52,942 bases of DNA from Sphingorhabdus sp. (lineage in GTDB: Bacteria; Pseudomonadota; Alphaproteobacteria; Sphingomonadales; Sphingomonadaceae). Positions 29,010-37,493 of this stretch are shown one piece after another; the first letter of the stretch is position 1, and each line of letters starts with the position of its first letter. Both the position numbers and the translations under genes were made by a program. The notes below the pieces were generated by a model. That model saw only the letters and a program-made list of their open reading frames with translations, was not told the DNA's origin and did not search any database. The DNA is taken from contig JADMKQ010000238.1 in assembly GCA_015478735.1 (NCBI GenBank), positions 1 to 52,942 of the forward strand, given 5' to 3'.

Positions 29010-29705
29010 ATGAGTGACCCTGAAACAATAGCGCTTCAGCGGAATCTGCCCGATGGTCAGGCCGATAAAGCTACCTCCAGCCCCAAGCGCAAGAAGCGCG
29101 TTTCTTCCTTTTGGGTGAAGCAGCTTCATACCTGGCATTGGATGAGCAGTGCGATTTGCCTGATCGGTATGTTGCTCTTTGCGATCACTGGCATCACCCT
29201 CAATCATGCCGGATCCATAGAAGCCGCGCCGCAGGTGCAGACTGTCGAGAAAGAACTGCCCGCCGCGTTGCTGGAAGAGATGGCTGATATAGAAGGCGGC
29301 GATGATGTTCCGCTGCCCGACGCGCTCAATGACTGGGCGAGGGCGCAGATTGATATTGATTTGAGCGGCCGGGCGGTTGAATGGAGCGAGGATGAAATTT
29401 ACGTCGCTCTGCCAAAGCCGGGCGGTGACGGCTGGATCTCTTTTGACCGGATGAGCGGCGCGGTTGTCTATGAAGCAACCGATCGCGGTTGGATTTCCTG
29501 GCTTAATGATTTGCATAAAGGCCGCGATACTGGCGCCGCATGGTCATGGTTTATCGATATTTTTGCAGGCGCCTGCATCATATTCTGCCTCACCGGATTT
29601 TTCCTGTTGCAGCTTCATTCCCGCAACCGGCCATCGACATGGCCAATCGTCGGCGCAGGCTTGGTCTTGCCGCTCTTGCTCATCCTTTTATTCATGCACA
29701 GTTGA
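29010..29705 (+). CDS. PepSY-associated TM helix domain protein
   Basis: HTWHWMSSA, LLFAITGITLNH and LNDLHKGRDTG. Conserved His residues in TM helices. Confidence 0.9.
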   Translation: MSDPETIALQRNLPDGQADKATSSPKRKKRVSSFWVKQLHTWHWMSSAICLIGMLLFAITGITLNHAGSIEAAPQVQTVEKELPAALLEEMADIEGGDDVPLPDALNDWARAQIDIDLSGRAVEWSEDEIYVALPKPGGDGWISFDRMSGAVVYEATDRGWISWLNDLHKGRDTGAAWSWFIDIFAGACIIFCLTGFFLLQLHSRNRPSTWPIVGAGLVLPLLLILLFMHS

Positions 29706-29713
29706 GAAAAGTT

Positions 29714-30274
29714 ATGAAATATTCGCTTCCCCTAAAATCCGGCTCTTATTGCTCCGTCGTATACAAGGCTCTTGCGATTGGCGGCGCAGCCTATCTTGCT
29801 GTTCCAGCCGCCCACGCACAGCAGATGACGGTCAGCTTTGACATTCCGCGGATGAAAGTTGCGGAATATCATCGGCCCTATATTGCGATCTGGATCGAAG
29901 ATGAAAAGGGGAAGGCCGTTACGACACTTCGGGTGCTGTATGATGTCGACCTTAAAGCCGATGACGGACGCAAGTGGCTTGCCGATATGCGAGCATGGTG
30001 GCGCAAGGCTGGTCGCAATACAAAAATGCCAGCCGATGGTGTCAGCGGTCCTACACAAGCACCCGGAAAGCACCGCGTTTCATTCACTGCCAACAAGCGT
30101 CCCCTCGGGCGGCTCGCAGCGGGTAGCTATAAATTGCAGGTGGAAGCCGCGCGTGAAGTTGGCGGACGCGAATTGGTGACAGTGCCATTTAACTGGCCGG
30201 GGAAAGGTGCAAAAACCTATTCCGGCAAAGGAAAAACCGAATTGGGCGCGGTGTCGTTGACGATTAAACCGTAA
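29714..30274 (+). CDS. DUF2271 family exported protein (putative flavinylation target)
   Basis: Signal peptide (AHA-Q), EYHRPYIAIWIE, KWLADMRAWWR, DGVSGPT and VEAAREVGGRE. Confidence 0.9.
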   Translation: MKYSLPLKSGSYCSVVYKALAIGGAAYLAVPAAHAQQMTVSFDIPRMKVAEYHRPYIAIWIEDEKGKAVTTLRVLYDVDLKADDGRKWLADMRAWWRKAGRNTKMPADGVSGPTQAPGKHRVSFTANKRPLGRLAAGSYKLQVEAAREVGGRELVTVPFNWPGKGAKTYSGKGKTELGAVSLTIKP

Positions 30275-30330
30275 GTTCAAACCGAAAAATAACGATATCA
30301 CACAGAATAATCTGAAGAGGAAATTCTATT

Positions 30331-31152
30331 ATGTTCATCAAACGCACTCTCAAATCACTGGCAATAACTCTCCCCATGATTGCGTTGGTTGCTGGTCCCG
30401 CAGATGCCCATCGCCGCTGGTTATTGCCTTCTGCAACCGTGATGTCGGGTGAGAAAGAGGTCGTCACCTTTGATGCTGCTGCTTCTAATGAATTGTTTGT
30501 TTTCGATCATCGCGCAAGTTCGCTGGATGATCTTGTCGTGCTTGGTCCGAACGGGGAAACTGTCGATGCCAAAATCATCGGTTCAGGCGTAAGTCGCAGC
30601 AGTTTCGATGTCGAAATGACCCAGCAGGGGACATATCGTATTGCCCTCGTCAGCGGCGGATTGATGGGTTTCTACAAAATAGGTGAAGAGCGTAAGCGCT
30701 GGCGCGGTACGGCGGAAGAGCTGGACAGCGCATTTCCCGAAGGCGCGACGGACATAAATGTCTCGGTGGTTTTCAGCCGTACGGAAACATTTTCGACATT
30801 GGGCGCGCCGAACGAAACGGCGCTGGCCCCTACTAATCAAGGATTGGAAATGGTTCCTGTCTCACACCCCAACGACCTTGTTGTCGGTGAAGCAGCACAG
30901 TTTAAATTCCTGATCGACGGCCAACCTGCCGCCGATATGGAAATCGAATGGGTCCGCGGCGGAACCCGTTACCGCGATACGGCGGAAGATATGAAACTGA
31001 AAACGGATGCTGCCGGCATGTTCGAGGTCACGGTTGAAGAGCCGGGCCTCTATTATCTGGAAGCCAGCGTGAGCGATGACAATGTAACGGTAGCCAAAGC
31101 AAATTCCCGCCGGTCATCCTATTCCGCAGTTCTGGAGTTCTTGCCGCTTTGA
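30331..31152 (+). CDS. DUF4198 family exported protein
   Basis: Signal peptide then AHRRWLLPS, GLEMVPVSHPNDL and GGTRYRD. Sits in the PepSY-DUF2271-ApbE operon. Confidence 0.85.
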   Translation: MFIKRTLKSLAITLPMIALVAGPADAHRRWLLPSATVMSGEKEVVTFDAAASNELFVFDHRASSLDDLVVLGPNGETVDAKIIGSGVSRSSFDVEMTQQGTYRIALVSGGLMGFYKIGEERKRWRGTAEELDSAFPEGATDINVSVVFSRTETFSTLGAPNETALAPTNQGLEMVPVSHPNDLVVGEAAQFKFLIDGQPAADMEIEWVRGGTRYRDTAEDMKLKTDAAGMFEVTVEEPGLYYLEASVSDDNVTVAKANSRRSSYSAVLEFLPL

Positions 31153-31177
31153 CCCCGAAAGGCACGAAGAGCGTCTA

Positions 31178-32173
31178 GTGGCGGCGGAAAATGACATAGA
31201 GATACTCATTCCGCCGACGCTGGATGCGGCGCGCCTGGAGCCGGACCCTAATGGCCACTTGCTACACCTTAAAGGTGACACAATGGGCACGTCCTGGACG
31301 GCTACGCTCGTCATTGGCGAGTCCGGCGATCCGTCCTCCTTGCAACCTGCGATAGAGGACGGTTTTCGCGAAATCATAAGGCAAATGAGCCAGTGGGAGC
31401 GGGATTCTGAACTATCCCGCTTCAATCGCGCACCGGCGGGTGAGTGGATAGAAATATCTCCGCAATTCGTAACCGTGCTGTCCATGGCGCTCATTATCGC
31501 TAAGGCCAGTGATGGAGTTTTTGATCCGGCAATAGGCCATTTGACCGACCTGTGGGGATTTGGTGCCGACAGTAGAATTTCCGCTTGGCCTGATCGCGAA
31601 AACATTCGCAGCCGACAAAGATTTAACTGGCGGGATATTAGTCTGGACAGGGACAATAGACGGCTCTTCCAGCCCGGTGGCCTGGCGATAGACTTAGCTG
31701 CCATCGCAAAGGGTTTTGCAGTCGATCACACGATAGCCGTGCTGGAAGCGCAAAACATAAAACATGCCTTGGTCGAAATCGGGGGAGAGCTGCGGGCTAT
31801 CGGCGTTAAACCGGATGGCCAGCCATGGTGGGTTGATATTGATACCGTCGGTGACCACTTGCCTTCGCGCATAGCATTAAGCGGCTGGTCCGTTGCAACC
31901 AGCGGCAACAATTTACGCCGACGGTCCTTTGGTGACAAGAGTTGGTCGCACAGCATTTCCCCATCAACCGGCCAGCCACTTGCCGAGTCCGTCTCTGCCG
32001 TAACCGTGCTTCACCCCGGTTGTATGCAAGCCGACGCATTAGCAACAGCGATTATGGTCAAAGGCATAGACGAAGGGCTGAGGTTCGCAGACCGCCACCG
32101 CATTGCCGCACAGATAGTGGCGGAGGGCGAGGTTTATGCTAGCCCGAAGTGGACGGAATATTGCGAAGGGTGA
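31178..32173 (+). CDS. apbE: FAD:protein FMN transferase (ApbE family)
   Basis: TMGTSW, SELSRFN, FDPAIG, DLAAIAKGFAVD, EIGGE, ATSG and ADALATA. Confidence 0.9.
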   Translation: MAAENDIEILIPPTLDAARLEPDPNGHLLHLKGDTMGTSWTATLVIGESGDPSSLQPAIEDGFREIIRQMSQWERDSELSRFNRAPAGEWIEISPQFVTVLSMALIIAKASDGVFDPAIGHLTDLWGFGADSRISAWPDRENIRSRQRFNWRDISLDRDNRRLFQPGGLAIDLAAIAKGFAVDHTIAVLEAQNIKHALVEIGGELRAIGVKPDGQPWWVDIDTVGDHLPSRIALSGWSVATSGNNLRRRSFGDKSWSHSISPSTGQPLAESVSAVTVLHPGCMQADALATAIMVKGIDEGLRFADRHRIAAQIVAEGEVYASPKWTEYCEG

Positions 32174-32193
32174 AGGGTTCATACCTTGAGTAA

Positions 32194-32694
32194 TTAGCTT
32201 TGCATTTCAGATGTGGTCTGTTCCTGTTCAGCAGGGTCATTCTCGACGAGATTGATAAGCACACCATCGCAATCGCGCAGACATACTTCAGGCTGTTGGC
32301 GATGTGGCATGACAAACATGGTTGGTTCGGGCGACCATGTCGCACCCGCTTCACGCAGCTTCGCGAGTGTTTCGTCCATCGAGCGGACATAGAAGATCAG
32401 CGCCACCTCACCAATTCTCGCAGGCCCGGTTGCGGTGGGAAGAACTTCTGCTTCCAGCGATTCATCAAGCTTGAATAGCCCGATCATTCCGTAATTTGGT
32501 CCAGGTCGTTTGAGGATATGGATGGAGAGCGGACGCACTTCGGGAAAGCCTATGATCGCATTGGCAGACGGATGCTCCAGTATGCCTTCATAATATGTCT
32601 CGGTTAGGCCAAGCGCGCGATAAAAACGAACGGATTTCTCCAGATCGCGAACAAAAATAGTGCTTCGAATTAGTGCGGATACGTTCGGTTTCAC
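32194..32694 (-). CDS. VOC/glyoxalase family protein
   Basis: IFVRDLEKSVRFYRALGL and RDCDGVLINLVE. GTG start with an AAGGAG RBS. Confidence 0.82.
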   Translation of the reverse strand: MKPNVSALIRSTIFVRDLEKSVRFYRALGLTETYYEGILEHPSANAIIGFPEVRPLSIHILKRPGPNYGMIGLFKLDESLEAEVLPTATGPARIGEVALIFYVRSMDETLAKLREAGATWSPEPTMFVMPHRQQPEVCLRDCDGVLINLVENDPAEQEQTTSEMQS

Positions 32695-32852
32695 CGTAAA
32701 CTCCTTGGGACGAGGTAATTTCTACTCACTTGGACGTTGGTGATCCTGACGAGTTTTTTTGACGTTACCGAACTATTATCCTGTAATCTCCACTAGCCGG
32801 ACAGGCGTATGAGCACTGTCGAGTATGCAATGTTTGCCTAATTGAAATCTCC

Positions 32853-34442
32853 CTAAAACCGGAAAGGGATACGCGCGACTATGCTCACGTCGGGGGCGTC
32901 TTCTGTGGCGCCGAATTGAAAGCCCAGGTTCAGGGATTGTCGTTCGCTCAGGCGGTAGGACATGCCGAGATTGAATGATCCGACCTGGATGTCGTCGCTC
33001 TCCTGCAGCGTGTCTCCGAGCTGGGTTGTGGTCGAGAATATGTAATTATGGCGATAGCCGAGCGAGAACGAGAATCGCGGGTTCAGGGCAAAGCCAAAGC
33101 CGACGCTGGCGTTGATGGCATCACCGGGATCGACCTTGCCGACAAAGACATCGCCGACGAGCTTGTCGATATTGCGCTCGATATTCCACAAATAGCCGAT
33201 GCCGCCGTAAATCACGACCGGATCGGACGGTAGCAGGAAGCTGAGGCTGGGCTGAACACCCCAGAAGCCGGAGCCGGTGGCAAGGCCGGTGGCTACACCA
33301 AAGTCATCAAACGGGATCTCGTAAGGGCTTTTGCCGGTGTCGGTTTTGACGCGCAGGCCAGCGACCCAGATCGGGTTATTCCTTGTTGGCCGGTTCAACT
33401 GGTAACGCAGCGCAAATTCAGCGTCGCCGATGTTTGTTTCTTCCAGGCTGACTTCGCGGGTAATCTGTTCATCCCGTTGCTGGACGACCTTGATCCGGTC
33501 CTTGCGGTAGAGCAGCGGAATACGGCCCTCGATTTCCAGCCGGTTGGTCAGGCCATAGCGCATGGCAAAGGTGCCGATAATGGTATCGCGGTCAGCATCA
33601 CTCGCTTCGATGGCGCCGATCTGGATGCCGGGGATAAGCTCGAACCCCCGGAATACCAGCCGGTTGGTCGAGGAGCGGGTATATTCGATCGAAGGATCAA
33701 GCACGAATTGTCCGCGCGGGGTCAGCACGCCTTGCCCTTCCGGCACGGCCTCGACCTTGCGCTCGATATTCTGGGATGGTGGCGGCGCTTCGCCCACAGG
33801 CTCGTCCGGCAGGGCCAGACTGTCATCGGGCTGTGTCCCTATCTGGACAGCGGCGGTTTCAAGCTGGCTTTTCTGGATGCCGGCCCCGCGCATCCGGGAC
33901 AGGTCATAAGGAGAGGTAGGCGTGCCGGGAAACGCCGCGAGGACAAGCTGGTTGTGAAGCTCCAACTGCTGGATCTTTTCATTTTGCGTCCGGATCAGTG
34001 CGCTTTGACGGGCGATTAGCTTGCGCTGCTCTGACAGTTCGGACCGGATGGCTTGCAAAGCGGATGTAATATCCTCGCCGGAGTCAGAAGCCGTTTCCTG
34101 CACAGGAGCCGGGACAGGCATCTGCTCTGGCAAAGCGGTTGCCAGCTCGATGGGGAGTTTTTTCTGTTCATCGGCTTGCAGAGGTGCCGGTGTTCGCGGC
34201 GAAGCGACAGCCACAGATGCCGGTGACGGAGCGGGCGATTTGATGCTGCTTAACCGCGCAAGGATTCTGGCAGTTTCCGCTTCTGCCTCTTCGGCGCTCA
34301 GATTAGGGGCCGGTTCGCTTTTGGGAGCGGTCTGGGGCGTTTGGACCTCCGCAGCTTCTGCCGGTGATCCTGCATAGATCAGGGTCAGGGTCAGTGGAAT
34401 TGCAGTGATGAACGGAAGGTGGCTTAAATGATTGATAGTCAT
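32853..34442 (-). CDS. FapF/SphA-like outer-membrane beta-barrel with N-terminal coiled coil
   Basis: Signal peptide, Pro/Ala linker, heptad segment ITSALQAIRSELSEQRKLIARQSALIRTQNEKIQQLE, then barrel motifs RYGLTNRLE, IGD, TGKSPY, LATGSGFW, SDPVVIYG, GFALN and GATEDAPD...PFRF. Confidence 0.8.
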   Translation of the reverse strand: MTINHLSHLPFITAIPLTLTLIYAGSPAEAAEVQTPQTAPKSEPAPNLSAEEAEAETARILARLSSIKSPAPSPASVAVASPRTPAPLQADEQKKLPIELATALPEQMPVPAPVQETASDSGEDITSALQAIRSELSEQRKLIARQSALIRTQNEKIQQLELHNQLVLAAFPGTPTSPYDLSRMRGAGIQKSQLETAAVQIGTQPDDSLALPDEPVGEAPPPSQNIERKVEAVPEGQGVLTPRGQFVLDPSIEYTRSSTNRLVFRGFELIPGIQIGAIEASDADRDTIIGTFAMRYGLTNRLEIEGRIPLLYRKDRIKVVQQRDEQITREVSLEETNIGDAEFALRYQLNRPTRNNPIWVAGLRVKTDTGKSPYEIPFDDFGVATGLATGSGFWGVQPSLSFLLPSDPVVIYGGIGYLWNIERNIDKLVGDVFVGKVDPGDAINASVGFGFALNPRFSFSLGYRHNYIFSTTTQLGDTLQESDDIQVGSFNLGMSYRLSERQSLNLGFQFGATEDAPDVSIVARIPFRF

Positions 34443-34479
34443 GTTTCTCTCCGGACATGCCCGTGCATGTTTATTGGTT

Positions 34480-35217
34480 TCAGGCTGGGGTAAAATCGCC
34501 AAGGCAAAGCTCTAGCGCCGGATGGACCGGGGCATCGGCTTGGGCGGCAAGGCTGTCCTGATATTCGCCGGCAAGTTTGCACAAACCGGCATGGTCTATG
34601 ATTGTGACGGAATGACGCCCGTCAATCTCGATCAGCTTGCGCCGCACCAGGTCGGTAAAGGTCCGGCTGACTGTGTGAACCGTAAGGCCCAGAAAGTCGG
34701 CAATATCGGCGCGGGACATGGAAAGCCTGATCTGTGCTCGCGAACTGCCGTCGGCGTTAATCTGATGTTTCAGGCAGAGCAAAAAGGCCGCCAGCCTTTC
34801 GGTCGCGGTGCGGTGTCCCATGATGAAAAGATAACGCTGGGCCGTGGACATGGCGCGAAACAGGATCGAGACTGCCTCGTCAAGTTGCGGCTTTGGCGTG
34901 GAATCGCGGGTAATATCACCGACCCTGTAACAGCGCAGTATCACATCTGTCACCGCTTCGGCGGCCGTGCCATAAGTGCCGTAATCGGCACCGAAAACAT
35001 CGCCGCTAAAGAAAAACCCGGTCAGGTGCCGGTGGCCGTCGATATGGAACCGGCATGTGCGCACAGTCCCCTGAACCACTTCATACCAGCGGTTGGCGTT
35101 CTGCCCTTCGTCAAATATGGATTGCCCTACGCGGAACCGTAAAGTGGTTGAGCGCAAGTTGGAACTTAGCCCCTGCATCGTAGCAGGCGCTGCGAATTGC
35201 GATTGCAGCCTTTGCAT
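34480..35217 (-). CDS. Crp/Fnr family regulator (FixK-like, no N-terminal Cys cluster)
   Basis: IFDEGQ, DGHRHLTGFFFSGDVFG, ATERLAAFL and HTH MSRADIADFLGLTVHTVSR. Confidence 0.92.
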   Translation of the reverse strand: MQRLQSQFAAPATMQGLSSNLRSTTLRFRVGQSIFDEGQNANRWYEVVQGTVRTCRFHIDGHRHLTGFFFSGDVFGADYGTYGTAAEAVTDVILRCYRVGDITRDSTPKPQLDEAVSILFRAMSTAQRYLFIMGHRTATERLAAFLLCLKHQINADGSSRAQIRLSMSRADIADFLGLTVHTVSRTFTDLVRRKLIEIDGRHSVTIIDHAGLCKLAGEYQDSLAAQADAPVHPALELCLGDFTPA

Positions 35218-35720
35218 CCGTGCTGTCTCCTCTAGACTCCAGCACGACCCTTTTTTTTTAGTCCCCCGCCGATATAATTGAAAATACCCGCGCGGCCTCA
35301 GATGCGACCTACGATACTATTCTTGAACATTATTGTTTTGCTTGCGTTGTTTTGTGGGAGTTGTTTACCGTAGAGGGCAGGACAGGGTCTACACCGTTAT
35401 TGCAGTGACTCGAATCCGTGGCGATTCAACTTGCTGCTTTTACTGGGTGATTCTACACACAGGATTTTCTCTACTTGTAAAATTTCGTAAATTCCAATAG
35501 TTAACAGGGACGATTTTATCCTATCTTGGGGCAGGGGTTTAAGAGTAAAGGATAAACGTCACAAAATATAAGTGACTAGGTGACGGCTTTTCGACTGTTG
35601 GGTGAGGGACAATTACCAGCAAAAGAATCGATAGCTTATGCAGTCGGACAGTTTGACCGCTATTGGTTACAAATGATGCTGCCCAATAGATTAGATAGAA
35701 TATTATAGAAGGTAACCTTC

Positions 35721-36020
35721 GTGATGTTACAGCGAAATAGTCTGGGGAATGATCCGGTACTCACGCTGAGAGAACATGAGATACTGGAGTTTATTGCACT
35801 GGGACTTTCAACCAAGGAAGTTGCACAGCATATCGATATTGCACCGCGCACAGTCGACCGCCATGTAGAGAATGTCCGTTTAAAGCTCCGCGCCAAGAAC
35901 CGCACCCACATGGTGGTGTGTGCTGTGATGGAAGGTTTGCTGCAAGTCAAAAAGGCGGATCTTCGCAATTCCGACCCGGCTGCATTGGCACAGGCCCAGC
36001 CTGCTGATGCCGATCATTAA
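35721..36020 (+). CDS. Stand-alone LuxR/GerE-type HTH regulator
   Basis: LTLREHEILEFIALGLSTKEVAQHIDIAPRTVDRHVENVRLKLRAKNR. No receiver or autoinducer domain. Confidence 0.9.
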   Translation: MMLQRNSLGNDPVLTLREHEILEFIALGLSTKEVAQHIDIAPRTVDRHVENVRLKLRAKNRTHMVVCAVMEGLLQVKKADLRNSDPAALAQAQPADADH

Positions 36021-36035
36021 AATATTGCAGCGGGT

Positions 36036-36138
36036 CTAGAGTGATTTCGAGTGAAATGGAACATTTCACGGCTCGGAAATCACGGTAAAACAATAAACTA
36101 GGCCCCAATTTTGATTCAATCAAAATTGAACGGGTCTA
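36036..36138. repeat. Two-hairpin intergenic element (RIME/CIR/Bru-RS-like MITE)
   Basis: 103 bp bounded by CTAG...CTA. Hairpin 1 is GTGATTTCGAGTGAAATG/CATTTCAC..CTCG.AAATCAC, followed by an A-rich linker. Hairpin 2 is a perfect CAATTTTGATT-C-AATCAAAATTG closed by TAGGCCC/GGGTCTA. Confidence 0.7.
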
Positions 36139-36281
36139 ATCGCACCAAAACGGGCTATCTCGCCTGTCATTCCATTACTCCTGAAATGTAATCCGGTATA
36201 TCGCGCGATAGCCTGCCCGAAAGATATGGTTTTTCAGCGCCGGCTTGGTAAACAAAAGCGAATATTCAGGGGAATGATGAC

Positions 36282-37466
36282 ATGACAGCACATATCGAAG
36301 GCACAACCTCGGCAAAATTTGCGAGTATCAAGGACGAATTTGCGCGTAACTTTTCTGAACGCGGAGAGGTCGGTGCATCGGTTTGTGTGAGCGTTAATGG
36401 CGAAAGGGTCGTGGACCTGTGGGGCGGCATGGCGGATCGGAAAAACGAAACGCCTTGGGAGCGTGACACGATTTCCGTTGTCTTCTCCTGCACAAAAGCA
36501 GCAACAGCCCTGTGCGCGCATATATTGGTGGACCGTGGCTTGCTGAAACTTCATGCGCCGGTTTCCGATTACTGGCCGGAATTTGCCAAAAACGGCAAAG
36601 AGACAACGACTGTCCAGATGATGCTGAACCATGAAAGCGCGGTCCCGGCCTTTCGTGATCCGGTAAAACCGGGCGGCTTTCTCGACTGGGATTATATGAT
36701 CAAACGGATCGAGGATGAAGAAGCCTTTTGGGAGCCGGGAACCCGCAACGGTTATCACATGGTCAATTTCGGCTGGACCGTCGGCGAGCTGGTCCGGCGG
36801 GTGTCGGGCAAGTCTTTGGGCCAGTTTTTTCAGGATGAGGTCGCAGGTCCGCTGGGCGCGGATTTCTGGATTGGTCTGCCCGATGATGTAACCAATCCCA
36901 TCGCGCGGATACTCGTGGCAAAGCCCGATCCGAATGTTCCGCTAAGCCCTTTTACCAAAAAGCTGCTGAGTGAGCCTGATTCCATTCAGGCGCTGTCTTT
37001 CCTCAACAATGGCGGCTGGAACCAGAATGACCCAGCTGCGCACAAGGCGGAAATTGGAGGCGGCGGTGGTCTGTCCAATGCACGCGGACAAGTGGCCATG
37101 TATGAGCCACTGGCGCTTGGCGGATCACACAACGGCGTCACTCTGGTTTCGCCGGAACGGCTGGATCACATGGGTCAGGTGTCCACGGCAACGCAGATTG
37201 ATGCGACGTTGCTTTCCCCCACGCGCTTTGCATCGGGCTTCATGAAATCAATGGATAACCGCGCCTATCCCGGCGGGGACCAGATGTCGGCAGTCATCGG
37301 TAACGCGGCCTTTGGTCACGTTGGTGCGGGCGGTTCTATCGGTTTTGCCGACCCGGAATATGGCCTGGCCTTCAGCTATACGATGAACCAGATGGGCATG
37401 GGATTGCTGCTCAATGAGCGCGGTCAAAGTCTGATCGACGCCACTTATAGGTTGCTACGCGAATAG
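36282..37466 (+). CDS. Serine hydrolase, beta-lactamase/EstB (family VIII esterase) fold
   Basis: SxxK (FSCTK), WEPG...GYH, FGHVGAGGS and ADPE. No signal peptide. Confidence 0.92.
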   Translation: MTAHIEGTTSAKFASIKDEFARNFSERGEVGASVCVSVNGERVVDLWGGMADRKNETPWERDTISVVFSCTKAATALCAHILVDRGLLKLHAPVSDYWPEFAKNGKETTTVQMMLNHESAVPAFRDPVKPGGFLDWDYMIKRIEDEEAFWEPGTRNGYHMVNFGWTVGELVRRVSGKSLGQFFQDEVAGPLGADFWIGLPDDVTNPIARILVAKPDPNVPLSPFTKKLLSEPDSIQALSFLNNGGWNQNDPAAHKAEIGGGGGLSNARGQVAMYEPLALGGSHNGVTLVSPERLDHMGQVSTATQIDATLLSPTRFASGFMKSMDNRAYPGGDQMSAVIGNAAFGHVGAGGSIGFADPEYGLAFSYTMNQMGMGLLLNERGQSLIDATYRLLRE

Positions 37467-37493
37467 GCAGGTTACCGGGCGAATAGAGCGGAT

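Noticed and set aside
36111-36123. TTGAT-TCA-ATCAA as an FNR/FixK box for the nearby Crp/Fnr protein
   Set aside because: The spacer is 3 nt instead of 4, and the palindrome is better explained as hairpin 2 of the intergenic repeat.
36141-36147. CGCACCA as attR copy of the tRNA-Arg 3' end
   Set aside because: Only 7 bp, which is expected by chance in a window of this size.
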